A stretch of 63,361 nt of DNA, the filler included, from Licmophora abbreviata (taxonomy: Eukaryota), in NCBI GenBank assembly GCA_900291995.1. It is 19 parts of 19 records of this genome, joined end to end, with 100 filler letters (N's around TTAATTAATTAA, not from the genome) between each part and the next. Parts side by side here need not be neighbours in the genome. Positions count along the whole stretch, not along the records: positions 11,494 to 21,488 come from OLMU01005373.1; positions 21,589 to 23,542 come from OLMU01005374.1; positions 23,643 to 25,525 come from OLMU01005375.1; positions 25,626 to 27,618 come from OLMU01005376.1; positions 27,719 to 29,722 come from OLMU01005377.1; positions 29,823 to 32,177 come from OLMU01005378.1; positions 32,278 to 33,853 come from OLMU01005379.1; 12 more parts are not named here. One strand, 5' to 3'. Of this stretch, positions 21,012 to 33,853 are shown one piece after another. Position numbers and translations under genes: made by a program. Numbering within the stretch: the first letter of the stretch is position 1; each line of letters starts with the position of its first letter. The notes beneath the pieces are model-generated. The model saw only the letters and a list, made by a program, of their open reading frames with translations, had not been told where the DNA came from and did not search any database.

Positions 21012-23994
21012 TTACACTCTCATCCTCGAGTGCTTGCCCACTATGCGGGCCTTCTCTTTCTCTTCTTTCTGTAGGGCGTACTTCTCGCGCTGCCGGTCAC
21101 GACAACGGAGACATTTCGTGGCAAGACCCTTGTCTCCAAAGGCAGCCCATGGGCGGAAATTCTTGCATCCCTTACACCACTTGATTTCAAGCCCAGACTG
21201 GGCAACAACCCAGACGTTAACGTCACACAGCGTGCAAAGTCCCTTGTTCTGAGATGGGATGATGGCAACGCTCTTTTCTTGGAGAGAGTCTTGGGCATTT
21301 ACCCTACGAGCCGCAAGACCCCCATCCCCAGATTTGGCGCTCTTCTTTTTGTTCTGAGAACAGGGGCACGCTTGTCCACACATGACGCAGCACCTCATAC
21401 CTTCAGGCAGGTTGGCCGACTGCTTCTGGGACATGTGACCCGGAAAGTTCACCAAACTCGTGAACTCTGGCACAGGTGCGTTGCGCACNNNNNNNNNNNN
21501 NNNNNNNNNNNNNNNNNNNNNNNNNNNNNNNNTTAATTAATTAANNNNNNNNNNNNNNNNNNNNNNNNNNNNNNNNNNNNNNNNNNNNGGTTGTGATGGT
21601 GTTGCGCAGACCCACTCCCACTCTGAGGACCCCACATACCATTCTTCCCACCGTGGTGGCTAAGACCAATTGGCGACGTCAAGCTGGGATGGTGAGATGG
21701 GGGAAGATGTGGAAGCTGAAACATCGGTGCACCTGGTGGAGCGCGTCTAAAAGAGGGCAAGGTGTAGCAGGAGAACACATAAGAGAGGGGCGAAAATCAG
21801 ATACTCACAAAGAAAAATGGTTCTTACCCTCGAAGGTTTCGAATGCGGTCAGGAACTCCATACTGCGGGTGCATTCCGAACATGCCACCCATGGAGGAGA
21901 AGAACTCATGATCTCCATTGCGAGGGCTTCGCCCGAAGCTATCGGGACGACGATCCAGCCCAGAGCTGTAGACCGGTGTCGGAGGGGGCCTCATTTTCTG
22001 ACCTCCGCTAACAGGTGCTTGTCTAGAGCCGTTTGTAGCGAACATTTGGTGAATATGCTCGAGTTCTCCAAACTGGTGCGGTGACTGGCCGGGCAAAGTA
22101 CGACGGTGCATATTCTCTCTTTCCTCGACCGGCGCCCGATGATCGAAGAAAATTGGAAGTGGGGTGGTAGATTCATCCTGCATTGCCGTGTCTGACTGTG
22201 GCGAAAGCAGTCTCATGCCTTCATAGTCTCGTTCATCACCGGCTGCATGAGACATTCTCGGGCGCTGAGACGAAGCCGGCCCGAGCCCTTCTTCGCCATC
22301 TTTCCACATGGAAGCAAAGAAGGCTGGGCTGATTCCCCTCGCTCCGTTGGACAACATGGATGTAGATGAGCCAGGACGCTTCTCCTCGTTCTTTCCAATC
22401 TGCTCTTCCCATTCCGCGAGATCTCCAAGAGACGGGGCGTCCCAAGAAAGCTGAGGAGCAATTCCCCCGAAAGATGGCGTGGGAGACTTGCTGGACGCGT
22501 CACGAGCCTCGCCCCCACTTCCTGCATGAGGCAATGGAGTGAACGACTGTCCTCTCAGATGGCGGTTGAGGAGATGCTCGTCGGTGATTGTACCGCTATC
22601 ATTCATTGCTTCGGGAAGAGGCGGGGTTGCACCTTGATCTATCATCTTGCTTATCGGAGAAACTGAGTCCATGCTATTGCTGGGCTGCAGAGCAGCGAAT
22701 GACCTGTCCGTTCCTGCAACTCTGTGCCCAGAGCGACCAGTGTTCTTGCTCCTCTTGGTGTTTTTGCTGATCGGAGTTTCGCCGTCGCGGTTGGCGGCAG
22801 AGTTGGAAAGTCCGAACAAGACTTGGCCAGCATTGACACTCGAAGAGTCTTGGTCCATACTGTCTTTCATTGACAGTTTTTGGAACCTGGCTGACCCAGC
22901 GCCTTCGTCTAGTGATGCAATGTCCCTTTCTTTTCCCTTCCGGCGTTTTTGAGACGCTTTCGTGAAATCGCTATGCCCAGTGCCTTCTGGGAGTGAAGGA
23001 AGAAAAAGAATGCAATGTCAGCCATGCTCTATTAACATCTCACAATGCGTAGCGTAGTCATCACGTACCTCGTTGTCCTTCATACGAGGCCATGGACAAG
23101 ACTCCAACACTGAGACTCGAGGCTGTCGATGCCCCTGAAAAGTCCCGTCGGTGACCTCCGATTCTCGCGCTTTCCTCCTCAAAGGAAGGGATTGATGTAA
23201 CCCCAAGATCGGGCCGGGAGGACAAAGGGGGAAGCCCTTTCTTCGGGCTATCTTCTGCCAAGTGAGGAATATCAGTACTCATATTGTTACCAGCTGTAAC
23301 AGTGCTGCTTGTGCTGGAGCTGCTTTGGGTACGGCGAAAGGGCATCGCTGCCTCGCCCTCACGAACTCCGTCGATGGTTCGCTTCTTGTGCTGGGTAGAT
23401 GCCATTGACTTTCCAGGTTTGTTACCCTTACTCCTTGACGATGAGGCTGAAGCGGAGTCTGAGACACCAGAATACGAGGGTTTGAGTCCAGGGTACATCG
23501 GAGGCTGGTGATGCATGCCTCCGTAGGCCAGTACCGGGAGGGNNNNNNNNNNNNNNNNNNNNNNNNNNNNNNNNNNNNNNNNNNNNTTAATTAATTAANN
23601 NNNNNNNNNNNNNNNNNNNNNNNNNNNNNNNNNNNNNNNNNNACATGCCCTGGAGGCCCGGTGGTCCATGTCCATGCATGCTCTGAGGTGGCTGTAGGCG
23701 AGATGATGATCCTTGACTCGACCCTTTGGAGCTGGCTTGGTTCTTGTTGGAAGGCGAAGGCCTCCCCGGTGCACCCTCGCGGTCATTAGGGTCACCTTCC
23801 CCGGCTTGGAAAGACTCAACGTCATCCCTACCATCCTCCTGTTTGATAGAATAGTCTCGCATACCATGGACAGGAGCGGATGATGATTTTCGTATGTCAT
23901 CGATTGCCATGACGTCCCTCCTGGAACCCGAATCTGCACGATCGTCCAACATCATACTTTCTCGTGGTTTAACCTCTTGATTTAAGCTTTCCAC
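21012..23994 (-). CDS. Large low-complexity nuclear protein with a C-terminal multi-Cys zinc finger (SBP-like); multi-exon, spans two gaps
   Basis: Collinear ORFs 23994, 23516, 22870 and 21488; introns ~22987-23068 and ~21747-21827. The C-terminus has CVMC/CTLC/WCKGCKNF..F...KCLRCR followed by a basic helix. Confidence 0.65.
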
Positions 23995-24324
23995 TCCTTA
24001 TCGAGCAAGAAAGATGGAAAGGATGGTAAGGAAAGGAGGTGTGAAGTATAGGTCAGAAGGGTCAACAGGGGCGGCGACGGTGACAGCAGTGTATTTGATG
24101 GCAACGACAACGAAAAAGTGAGGGCTTTTTGTCTGTTGGCGGGTTTTGTGATCCAATCTTGAGAAAGCAACGACATTCTTGCTCGCGGGGCTGATTACGT
24201 AGAAGTTGTACCGGACCATACGAATCGCCAAAAACGACCATAAACGACTACGACAAGACTCAAACGGACGACGGTCTGACTGTACAGATATTCGACCACA
24301 AATATTTACAAATTGATAATATGA

Positions 24325-24415
24325 CTGATTCGACTCAAGTCGTGACTCGACTCGACTCGACTCACTCGTTGTCAAGACGAGGATACGATTGATTGATTCG
24401 ATTCTCTCGATTCGA
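24325..24415. repeat. (GACTC/GATTC)n pentamer tract
   Basis: gactcgactcgactcgactc and gattgattcgattc are visible upstream of the gene starting at 23994. Confidence 0.6.
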
Positions 24416-24572
24416 TGGAAAACAGGCCAACGTAGGTCTACCGGTAGACTCCTATCATAGAGACAAATGATGCACTACTAATACAAAAAATATCGGCAAT
24501 GTAGTACGAGTATGTCGGTCCTTTCTCCGTGCAGTACATAGTTGTCAGAGAGAAAAGGGGATCTCCACAAGT

Positions 24573-25525
24573 TCACTTTGGATCTGACCCGATTTCTAGC
24601 TTTGTCTGAAGTGAAGTGTGCTGATGCTGCTTGGAGTTTCCCCTTCCTCCCTTACCACCGCCGGGCTTGGACTTTCCGGTCTTCTTTCGGGAAAGACGAA
24701 CGGTACCATTTGCTAGTAGCTCACCCTTTGTCTTTTCTTCCTTTTCGAGATCGATACGGTATTCGATGTTACCACTGGATGTTCGCACCACAGTCGTTTC
24801 TCCGACTCCGACATTGACTTGTCCAGCAGGACTGGCACGTCCCGCCTTGCCTCCCCTGCCCTTACCACCCCGTCCTGAGTGCCGGCCACGGCCGGTCTTA
24901 CCAAACGATTCTGCTCTCCCGCGTTTTCCCTCCAATGCTGGGTCGCCCGGGACCTTGTTCGTCTTTTCGCTACTATTTTTTGAACCCCTTCCTGGTCGAT
25001 CCGACTGTCGGTTGGCAGCACTGTCGTCTCGCTCGCCCCCGTGTCTTCCCCGTCCAGGGCCTCCTGACCCCCTTCCCTGCTTTTTACGCCATGAGGATGG
25101 AGTGGAAGACGTCTGGGTGGAGGCTTCTTTATCGCGCATGGACTGAGGCTGGCTCTTGGGCGTTTCCGACGCAGCTCGCGGGCGCGACAGAATCTTGACA
25201 GGAGATGAAGGAGACTTTGGTGGACCAGGAGCTGGTATCGACGCAGCTGCCTGCAAGCTAGTAGACACGGACTTTTCTTCAATCTTTGTCACCGCCGCCT
25301 GATATGAGATATCAGTTCGCGATATAGAACTGTCAGAATGGTGAAACATAGGAAAGCATTTCGGAGTGTATAAAGACATTCTCACCTTCAAGGCGTCCAG
25401 CTGGCTCCGGCGGCGCTCTCGTTTTTCTTCTTGCTGCTGTTTCGTCCGTTCTTCATTTGCGCGACGTGTCACTTCCTCTTGCTCTAGACTTTTCTGTCGA
25501 CGCTGGGCCATCCAGCTGCTGCCGT
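24573..25525 (-). CDS. 3' part of a coiled-coil, Gly/Arg(RGG)-rich low-complexity protein (5' end in gap)
   Basis: Open frame running from the gap; likely in-frame intron 25299-25385; GRGRHGG/GRGGKG repeats. Confidence 0.55.
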
Positions 25526-25859
25526 NNNNNNNNNNNNNNNNNNNNNNNNNNNNNNNNNNNNNNNNNNNNTTAATTAATTAANNNNNNNNNNNNNNNNNNN
25601 NNNNNNNNNNNNNNNNNNNNNNNNNCTACTGATACTGCTTGGATATTGTGTGACGGTACTACCAACAGAAGCAGATGGCAGCTTGCCGTCCCTGGAGAGC
25701 TCCTTACTTTTTGGGATTTTGTGCAGTGCTTACGTCTTCTTCTACAATTCTGCCACTGATCTGAATAATCCTTTGGAAGGAGTGTATTAAATTTGACAAT
25801 CGAGCTGTGCCAGCAATTGGAGATCAAATTTCTCATTTCAAACCATCCTGTTCTTGAGG

Positions 25860-26520
25860 GCAAGTTGTCTTGGAGGCCGTGCAGGAGAAAGCTGATGATG
25901 ACGTACGAATAAGGTGCCCTGGTTTAGACGACATGTGGTTCAACTCAGAGGACATTTACCCCAGCAGTGAAATCAAAGTCGTGTAGCAGGAGAGAGTGCT
26001 TCCCCACGACACAATAGTCAGAGTAAAGGTGTCCGCGCTTCCGACTCGACGGCCAATGACTCCCACACTTATCCTGCTGACAATCGGCTATACTGTCACG
26101 GCTGACACAACAGCCTGATTTAGTCAGGACCTCTTCAACTTCTGCCGCATAAGGGCAGGGTTCGAGCGGTTGCTCGTGACCTCAGTGATGGAATCAGGGT
26201 TGGACAAGACGTCAACGCGGCGACGGGACAGAGTCGCAAAGTTACTCTTTCCCGTCTTCCTCCTCTTCCCCCCATTGTCATCACCGTGCTGCTTCTTCCC
26301 CCCACGCTTGCCCCGCATCGCCTCCATCGTCTTCGGCCAGTTCTTTTCATCGAGCAGCGCAAAGTCCATCGGGCTCTTGTGGGCTTCCTCGAAGATGCGG
26401 AGCTCACGGACTGCACGGATAGCATCAAGCTTGATGTCCGCAGCAGTGCGCGCTCTCGCAATGCACTCCAAGTGACGAAGCCAATAAGCCGTCAGCTTCG
26501 GCACGAAGAGCGATCTTGCA
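25860..26520 (-). mobile_element. Degenerate Ty1/copia (CoDi-like) LTR retrotransposon gag-protease relic
   Basis: KLTAYWLRHLECIAR...IRAVRELRIFEEAHK...DEKNWPKTMEA (gag N-terminus as I recall it from diatom copia elements), SNRSNPALMRQ (gag end), then DYCVVGKHSLLLHDFD resembling the DSHADTCVVG protease region. No LTRs were seen. Confidence 0.6.
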
Positions 26521-27420
26521 GAGGTTCACAATCTCATCATCCTGGAGGATCTTCAACTCGTCGAGTGAGCTAATCTGCTGCGCCACCGTGATACGGGCTA
26601 GGGTGGTTAGCAGCCATAGTGAATGGGGTGTGTCGGGAGTGTTATCAAAAGGTCTTAATCCTGAAAAGTGTGAGCTTCGTGATGCATCAACAAAGTGTGG
26701 TTAGTCCTTAACGCGATTGACATTTTCAAAAGTAGCAGCGACAAATGATATTTCTTTCTTGTACCACTTAGCCAATCCTTGGGCCTGACCATAAGTATCT
26801 TTTAGTCGCGCTCGTGTATGTCCTGTCCCTTTCGGGAGTAAGGGCAACAGTCTGGTGCCAATATTAGCATCCAGACGGAAAAGGTAACTAAGGTCCAACT
26901 GAAGTGACTGACATTGTCACGCAATTGATGCCTACCAACTCGTCATCATGTCGGAACGAGCGGTTTGTCATCATGGCATCTCACGCAGCGAAATCAATGC
27001 TGTGTGGTTCTCTTGGAGGGCTCAAGAAGGAGTGTTAGGCGTCCCTATACCCCAGTGTTGTCAACAATACATGTCAGATGTCATGTCTGACCGCAAACGC
27101 GCCATGCCCATACCATCGTCGGCACAATCGGCTATCGTTTGTGGAGCTTGGTTTCACTGGCGTCCAAAACCAGTACCGGTGTTTATAGTCGCCGCAGACT
27201 TGACCAAAGTTCTAGGCTATGCTATGAAGCAACAAGGCCTTCTTGTCCAGCATAGAGTAATAGGTCTAGATAAACTGAATAAAGGTGACCGCAGACGCTC
27301 TCTGCGGTACCGACAATCGTCAACAAGAAAATTGTGATCTAATAACATTAACCCTGCTAATCAAGGATAACGACTCCATGTGCCTTTTTTCAGCATGACA
27401 TGCAACTCTAGCTAGTTCGT

Positions 27421-27468
27421 CCTTAAATCGTCCTTAGCTGCTAACCTTAAATCGTCCTTAGCTGCTAA
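27421..27468 (+). repeat. 24-bp tandem duplication (ccttaaatcgtccttagctgctaa x2)
   Basis: Directly visible just downstream of the VTC4 stop. Confidence 0.85.
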
Positions 27469-27531
27469 ATTCCAAAGCAACGCGCACACAGAGACACACC
27501 GGAGAATAGTCGTGCTTCCCGACAACTGCTC

Positions 27532-29897
27532 TTACAATTCTTTGCTATTACCGGTAGCAATCATGTAAAGTCTGGTGAAGAAATTAATCGTCAACACCAG
27601 AGCCAATACACCCCCCAANNNNNNNNNNNNNNNNNNNNNNNNNNNNNNNNNNNNNNNNNNNNTTAATTAATTAANNNNNNNNNNNNNNNNNNNNNNNNNN
27701 NNNNNNNNNNNNNNNNNNGCATCACTGCACAGCCATGAATAAACTTCGAAAACTTGTGGACTTCATACAACAAGCCTGAGTTCTGAAGATCAGTCACCCA
27801 TTTTGGCGGGGTCCTTTGGAGGATCATAGCAGAGACCCAAGAGATTAGCGGATTGTTACCAGGGCGCTCAAACCGGCAAGCAATAGACTCACATATTGTC
27901 ACCCTTGAGTTCCAGCTTGATCTCCAGCACCGCATGCGGAAACCGGGTGATCTCGTTCTTCGCCAAGACCTCGCTGGGATCTCGGTGCCACACTTTCATA
28001 TCCTCCAGATCGTAGCCACGCTCTGAAATCATACACAGGTTTGTGTCCAGACTGACCCGAACCGTCGCGTCGAAAGGAATCTGAAAAGCTGTTCGCATAT
28101 ACTGGGTGCGCATGGTTGGGACAAGCTGTTTGGAGGAAATAGCTTGAGTGATTTCTCGCACCAACGTTTCCCACTCGTCTGCTTCCTTCTGCGATTTTCC
28201 GTTTTCAAGCATCTGTTTCTTCTTTTTTTCAATGTCATAGACGTTCGTCATCACAGCCTGAACTTCCGATTCATCAATCTGAGGATGATCGAACATGAGA
28301 TGAGAAATGCGTGGTCGGACTCGAGCGTTGGAAACCAGGTTTCACAAGCGGCAACAAACTACGTACCAAGAAACGTTCCTTGACGGATACTTCACCCACC
28401 CACTTCTCCCGATGAGTTTTTCGCTCCACAAAAATCAAAGAGGGATCCCCTGCTCCGTACCAACGGAGTCGCAAGGCGATTGCGCCAGGAGTCTTGTCCA
28501 GGCGGCCGTGGCTGCGCAACGTGTAGAGGGAAGACGATTATTAGTTTCGCCGAGAGGGTCACGGCGACACACTGTGTAGCTTCAAAAAGTACTTACTACA
28601 ATTCACACTAGTACCATCGAGAGTGAGTAGGGGAGCGACAATATGAGTGTTAGTCGTACAACTGGTACCAAAGAGAGAGAGAACGGTGCGTACTCACCTG
28701 ATCATTGTCAAGGTACACGCTGTTTGTCATCTGCGAATCACTTTCCCCAGTACTTGTCTTCTGCAGAAAGACAGGCAGATGCCTCAGTATGGCATACTTG
28801 ACGCGCGACACGTCCTCGGTCTTGACCCAGTACTTGGTGGTGCTACGGAGAAAAGACTGAGATGCGTCGGCATTCTCTTGCGCGGCCTGATCGTTACGCA
28901 GGGTACTGTAGATGCTACTGAGGCGCACAACGACATCACTGTAGTCCCCTCGCACCCATGCCTGAGCGTGCATGCGCTGCAAGTAGAAGACCTTGCATGG
29001 TTGCCCTGGGACATGCTTGTCGTGCTTCTTGAGGATTTTGTGGAAGCCCATAAAATTGATATTGACGTACTTTTCGAGCCGCAAGAAGGACTCGGCGACT
29101 TGGTCAGCTTCCTCGAGAAGTTCGTCGACATTGTTGGTGGACATGGCGGTGTTGAGCTCACTTTCCACCTTGGAAATAGCCTCGCGAAGTTCGGTGACTT
29201 GCGCAAGCGTGAAGCTCTCGACACGGCCTAGCTCATTGTCCATAGCCTTAAGGAATGTCTCTTCATCGACATCGACAGTGCTGGACTGGGCAAGTCCCTG
29301 TGCATTCGTCGGAGGAGGTGTCGTTAACGAGACCTGGCGGCTTTTAACATCGACGCTGTGGGGAAGAAAAGTAACGGGGTACAGAAAAAGTCGTGTAAGA
29401 GTACAGAAGAAGTCGTAATGAAAGTGCACCGTGCAGTGAGTGTAGCCACGACGACATGGATGGAAGCGATGATCGATGCAGGAATTTGGAAGGGCAACAG
29501 CGCTGCTGCGCTATATCGTACTCCAAGGAATTCGAGTGGTCGAGTCCTTGTTCCCTGGCAGCAACATCAGAACACGAAAAACACGACCCCTGTCTAAAGG
29601 GGGTGCTGGTGCTGGCTGGCAACGAGAACTTGCATGAATGAATCTTTTCCGAATCTCTCCGTGGTTTCGCGACGTTATTGACCCACCTTGGCAGCGCTTT
29701 TGCACTCAGCACCCGGATGATCNNNNNNNNNNNNNNNNNNNNNNNNNNNNNNNNNNNNNNNNNNNNTTAATTAATTAANNNNNNNNNNNNNNNNNNNNNN
29801 NNNNNNNNNNNNNNNNNNNNNNCTTGTCATAGTTGAGATACGGCTCAGGGCCGTACTCCGGAGCGATATTCTCTCGCAAGTGCTGTCCGTACTTCAT
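27532..29897 (-). CDS. VTC4: Vacuolar transporter chaperone 4 (SPX-VTC-TM polyphosphate polymerase); multi-exon, spans two gaps
   Basis: [28 protein letters not shown] (SPX), [47 protein letters not shown] and KFSKFIHG. Introns include 27814-27892, 28279-28366, 28512-28596 and 28608-28697. Stop at 27532-27534. Confidence 0.92.
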
Positions 29898-30305
29898 CGT
29901 CAAGCTTGAAACTGCAAACCTAAAATGCGAAAAATTAAAAAGATTAAGTGTGCGTGAGAAGCTGTGTGCGTGAGTCGCGCCCAAAAGAAATCTTTGAAAT
30001 CGAATGTTTCTCCGCTGACGTAAACGACTATAGATATTGCTATTGAAAGGAATACATGAAATACGCAAAATGGCAATGTAAGGCCTAGCCTGTCGGATGA
30101 CATCCAGACGTATTATTGTCTTTTCTCTTTCCTCTCTTTTGAAATCGAGTTCGTGGAAGAGATGCCATTCTTTCCGTGGGGTTAGGTATTTTGCGCCTTG
30201 TCTTGTTGCAGTTTCTTCTACCAAACTCACACATGACACAACAAACAATACCTTTGGACACAGATAACACCGCAAAACATGGTTGCCTACTTTTCTAGGT
30301 AGTCT

Positions 30306-32961
30306 CTAGGCAGCCTTGGCGTCCTCCTCCTTCGGCTCACCTGCAAACTCCAGAATGATAGCGTCAGCAGCCAGAGCATCGCCTTCACTAACATGGCACC
30401 TTCCAATCGTCCCTGATTTGGGTGATCTGATTTGGTTCGCCATTTTCATCGCCGATATGACGCAAAGTTCCTGTCCATCTTCAACGTAGTCGCCTTCCTG
30501 AACAGAGAACTTCACAAGAGTACCAGGCATGGGGCTCAGCACCATATTACTTGTGTCCACAATCTTTGGCTCGTGCATGTGCTTGGAGAGTTCGAATTCT
30601 CGGGGACTCTGAATCAGCACGTTCATATCGGCACCGTACATTTGCACTTTGATACCTCCAGTCGTATCCTCGCGGATGACCTGCTCACGCGAAGGACAAG
30701 AGGCAGCGAACAATGAGAAACCATCTATTCCTGACAGTAAGCGGTAATCAAACACAAACGCGGGACACCTACCTGCACGGCCCGGGCACTGCCTTCGACT
30801 GAGAAGTGAGCGAGCAAGTTGACAGGTTGATAGTCGACAGGTGCATCAAAAGAGACGACTCGGGATGATTTGACTCCCGCGGTTCCGCCTCCAGGCGCCT
30901 CCTTCTCCAGATTGTCGACCTTGGCTGATACGTCATCCAAGAACTCTACCTTGTACGCACTGCCAAACAAACCTCCCAACCTCACCACGACTGCCTCGTC
31001 CTTGCTTGCCCCGATGGTGCCTAGCAGCTCAGATCTATCCTCAACGACAGCCGCCATGGCTACTGCCAGCTCCTCCCTCTGGACGTCGGTCAATTCAACA
31101 CCGTGAAACCCGTCTGGAAAGTGTTCTGGCAGGAAGGAAGTAGGCGTCTTGCCCGCAAGGAAGGCTGGATGTCGCAATACAGCATTGCATAGTTTCGCGT
31201 TGTGTCGGACGCCTTCGATAATGTATTGATCCAGCGCGGAGGCCAATCCCAGCACCGCATCTGTGCGACCGTTGGGCGAGAAGGCAATGATCTTGGAAAG
31301 CATGGGGTCGTAATGCGGCGTCACCACATGTCCTTCCGCTACACCCGAGTCGATACGGATATTCGGCAAGTATGACGGTTCACGGTAGGGCAGGAGCGGG
31401 CCGGTGGACGGCAAGAATCCACGGAGAGGATCTTCGGCGTAGATACGAGCCTCAATGGCGTGTCCACTGTGAGGATAGTATGGACGGTCACCAAGTGCCT
31501 CGAGCATGTCTTCTGGAATACCCCATCCCGCACCAACGTACAGCATTCCCTTGACGAGGTCGATGTTGCCTGACACAGTTTCAGTCACGGGATGTTCGAC
31601 CTGTAGGCGAGTATCTGCCACGTGAATTTGGGCGAGAGACACACCAGTTAGTTAAGAGTCGACAAACGGCAGCCCGTGAAAGCATTGGAGACGAGCAGTG
31701 GGAGCACTTACTCATTTCGAGAAAATAATGGCTCTGCTGTTCATCCACCAAAAATTCGACCGTTCCAGCGCTAGTATACCCGACTTGGTTTACCAGAGCT
31801 TTGACTTCTTCCACCATCCGAAGACGAGTTTCTTCCGATAGCAGGGGACTAGGCGACTCTTCCAGAACTTTTTGATGTCGACGCTGGATGCTGCACTCGC
31901 GCTCACAAAAGACCAAGATGTCGAGTCCATCCCCACTGGCTTTCTCACCCGAAAGGACCTGAAATTCAATGTGATGAGGGTTGACAATGTACTGCCAAGT
32001 ATAAATCAAAATGAACGCGCATGAAAAGGGAAGACAATGGTGAGAAAGGCATGTGCGCCTACGAGGCATCGTGACCCTACCGAACTTACTTTTTCGACAA
32101 GCAGACGAGGGTCTTTAAAGAAGTCCTGGGCTTCGCTGGTGGCAAGGGGAAAGGCATCTTTCATGTCCTGATCGGTCNNNNNNNNNNNNNNNNNNNNNNN
32201 NNNNNNNNNNNNNNNNNNNNNTTAATTAATTAANNNNNNNNNNNNNNNNNNNNNNNNNNNNNNNNNNNNNNNNNNNNGGATAGCCAATGTCATTTGCGAC
32301 TTGAATGGCGTGGGTGACGTCCTTCATGGGTCCATCGTATCCAGGAACTGTACTGACGCCAGCGTTTTCGGCCAGTTGCTTGCTGCGGAGCTTATCACCC
32401 ATATCTCGGACGGCATTCGGCTTTGGTCCAAGCCAGACGACATTCTGGTTTGTGATGGTTTCGGCGAATTCCGCATTTTCGGACATGAATCCATAACCAG
32501 GATGAACAGCCTGGGAGCCGGTTTCATGAATCGCCTGCAGAACGTTTTCCACGTTGAGATAGGAATCTTTACTCGCGGCTGGACCAACGCAGTAGCGCTC
32601 GGTTGCTTCTTGGACAAAAGGCGCCTGCGCGTCGGCTGTACTGTAAATGGCGACGGTGTCAATGCCCATGGCGTTGCAGGTTCGAACAACGCGCTGTGAG
32701 ATTTCGCCACGATTCGCAATTAGGACCTTTCATTAGTATCATAACGTGCATCGGAGAGAGCGAGTGAAACGAAGAGAAGGATTGTCACTGTGTGAGACTC
32801 TGCGTTGATTATATTCGGGCAACGAGCGGCAAACGCCATTATGCAAGGAATCCTACCTTGTCGAAGGGTTTCTTGTTGTCCATCGACAGAAATCGACGAG
32901 CCGCAAGCAAGGTCCGTCGAGAAGCGGGAGAGCGCAGAGCTGACAGTTTTTGCCACATCAT
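30306..32961 (-). CDS. PCCA: Biotin-dependent acyl-CoA carboxylase alpha subunit, probably mitochondrial propionyl-CoA carboxylase alpha
   Basis: Arg-rich transit peptide; ANRGEI, HPGYGF.SEN, RECSIQRRHQK, TRLQVEHPVTE and YDPMLSK motifs; biotinyl domain SAMKM; several introns and one gap. Confidence 0.85.
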
Positions 32962-33381
32962 GGTGGAAGGCTCGGGTCTGAATACCAGTAGAACAGTGCA
33001 GGTAATGATAGTAGTTTGAAGTTGTGTTTATGTGATGAATCTTTTGCGAAGAACAGGGTTGTTCGGAGTTTGAAGGGTTCGCATCCTTGCTTGCGACTTG
33101 GGTGAGTTCTCGTTTGGTTGTTTTCGAATCCGTGACTGAAATGTCTCATGACTCAATCGCGGACTGTACTTCAATCGCGAACAAGGGCGGTCGTCTCTCA
33201 TCTCCCACCCAACTTCGGTGTCGGCTAGACTAGCTATGGACCTTCTGAAACCGTTCCATGTTACGATAAACAGTCTCTTTACTATTTTTTCATTCCGCTG
33301 CGTTCCAGGTACCGGTACGTAGTGCAATGGTGAGTAGAATTCCAAAGTCAGTCTCCAAAAGGCCCCGCCAGTCTACATAGA

Positions 33382-33853
33382 CTATGCGAATTTGGCCAAC
33401 CACTGTTGAAAGACGGAATAAGAAGTCCAAGAAATGGCAACCGCTGGTGTGTGGGACATGACTCGCGGCGCGAGGCCCCTGAAAAATCCAGCCGCACCCT
33501 CTCGTTCAACAATCATCTGGACCGCTTCTCTCCACGAGACAACCTCCGGCGTCGTGATTTTCGGACATGTGCCCTGGGTGAAGACACATGTGGGCTTCAA
33601 GTGTTGTGTCTGCAATAAAGTTTTGACTCTATCCAGAGGGGTCGTGACCCCTGCCGCTGTGGCTCCAGCAATACTGCTTGCAATCAGTGTGTTGGCAAGA
33701 GGATCTTGTGAGAGATGTTGCTTCTCGAGATGTTCCTTGATAGCCACAAGTGTCATACCATATGGAATGTTGGTAAGGAGCGTCACCGGAAAGCTTCGAA
33801 ACAAAGAGGCACTCCCCTCATTCTGGACCATGTGAGAAAAGGCCTGAGACAGG
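33382..33853 (-). CDS. Mitochondrial carrier, mitoferrin/MRS3-4-like (3' part; 5' end in gap)
   Basis: FRSFPVTLLTNIPY, TTPLDRVKTLLQ and FFRGLAPRV...PAVAISWTSY. Confidence 0.75.

Noticed and set aside
30430..30460. Biotinylation motif SAMKM instead of EAMKM
   Set aside because: The AMKM lysine is intact; a single flanking substitution is not enough to claim altered function.
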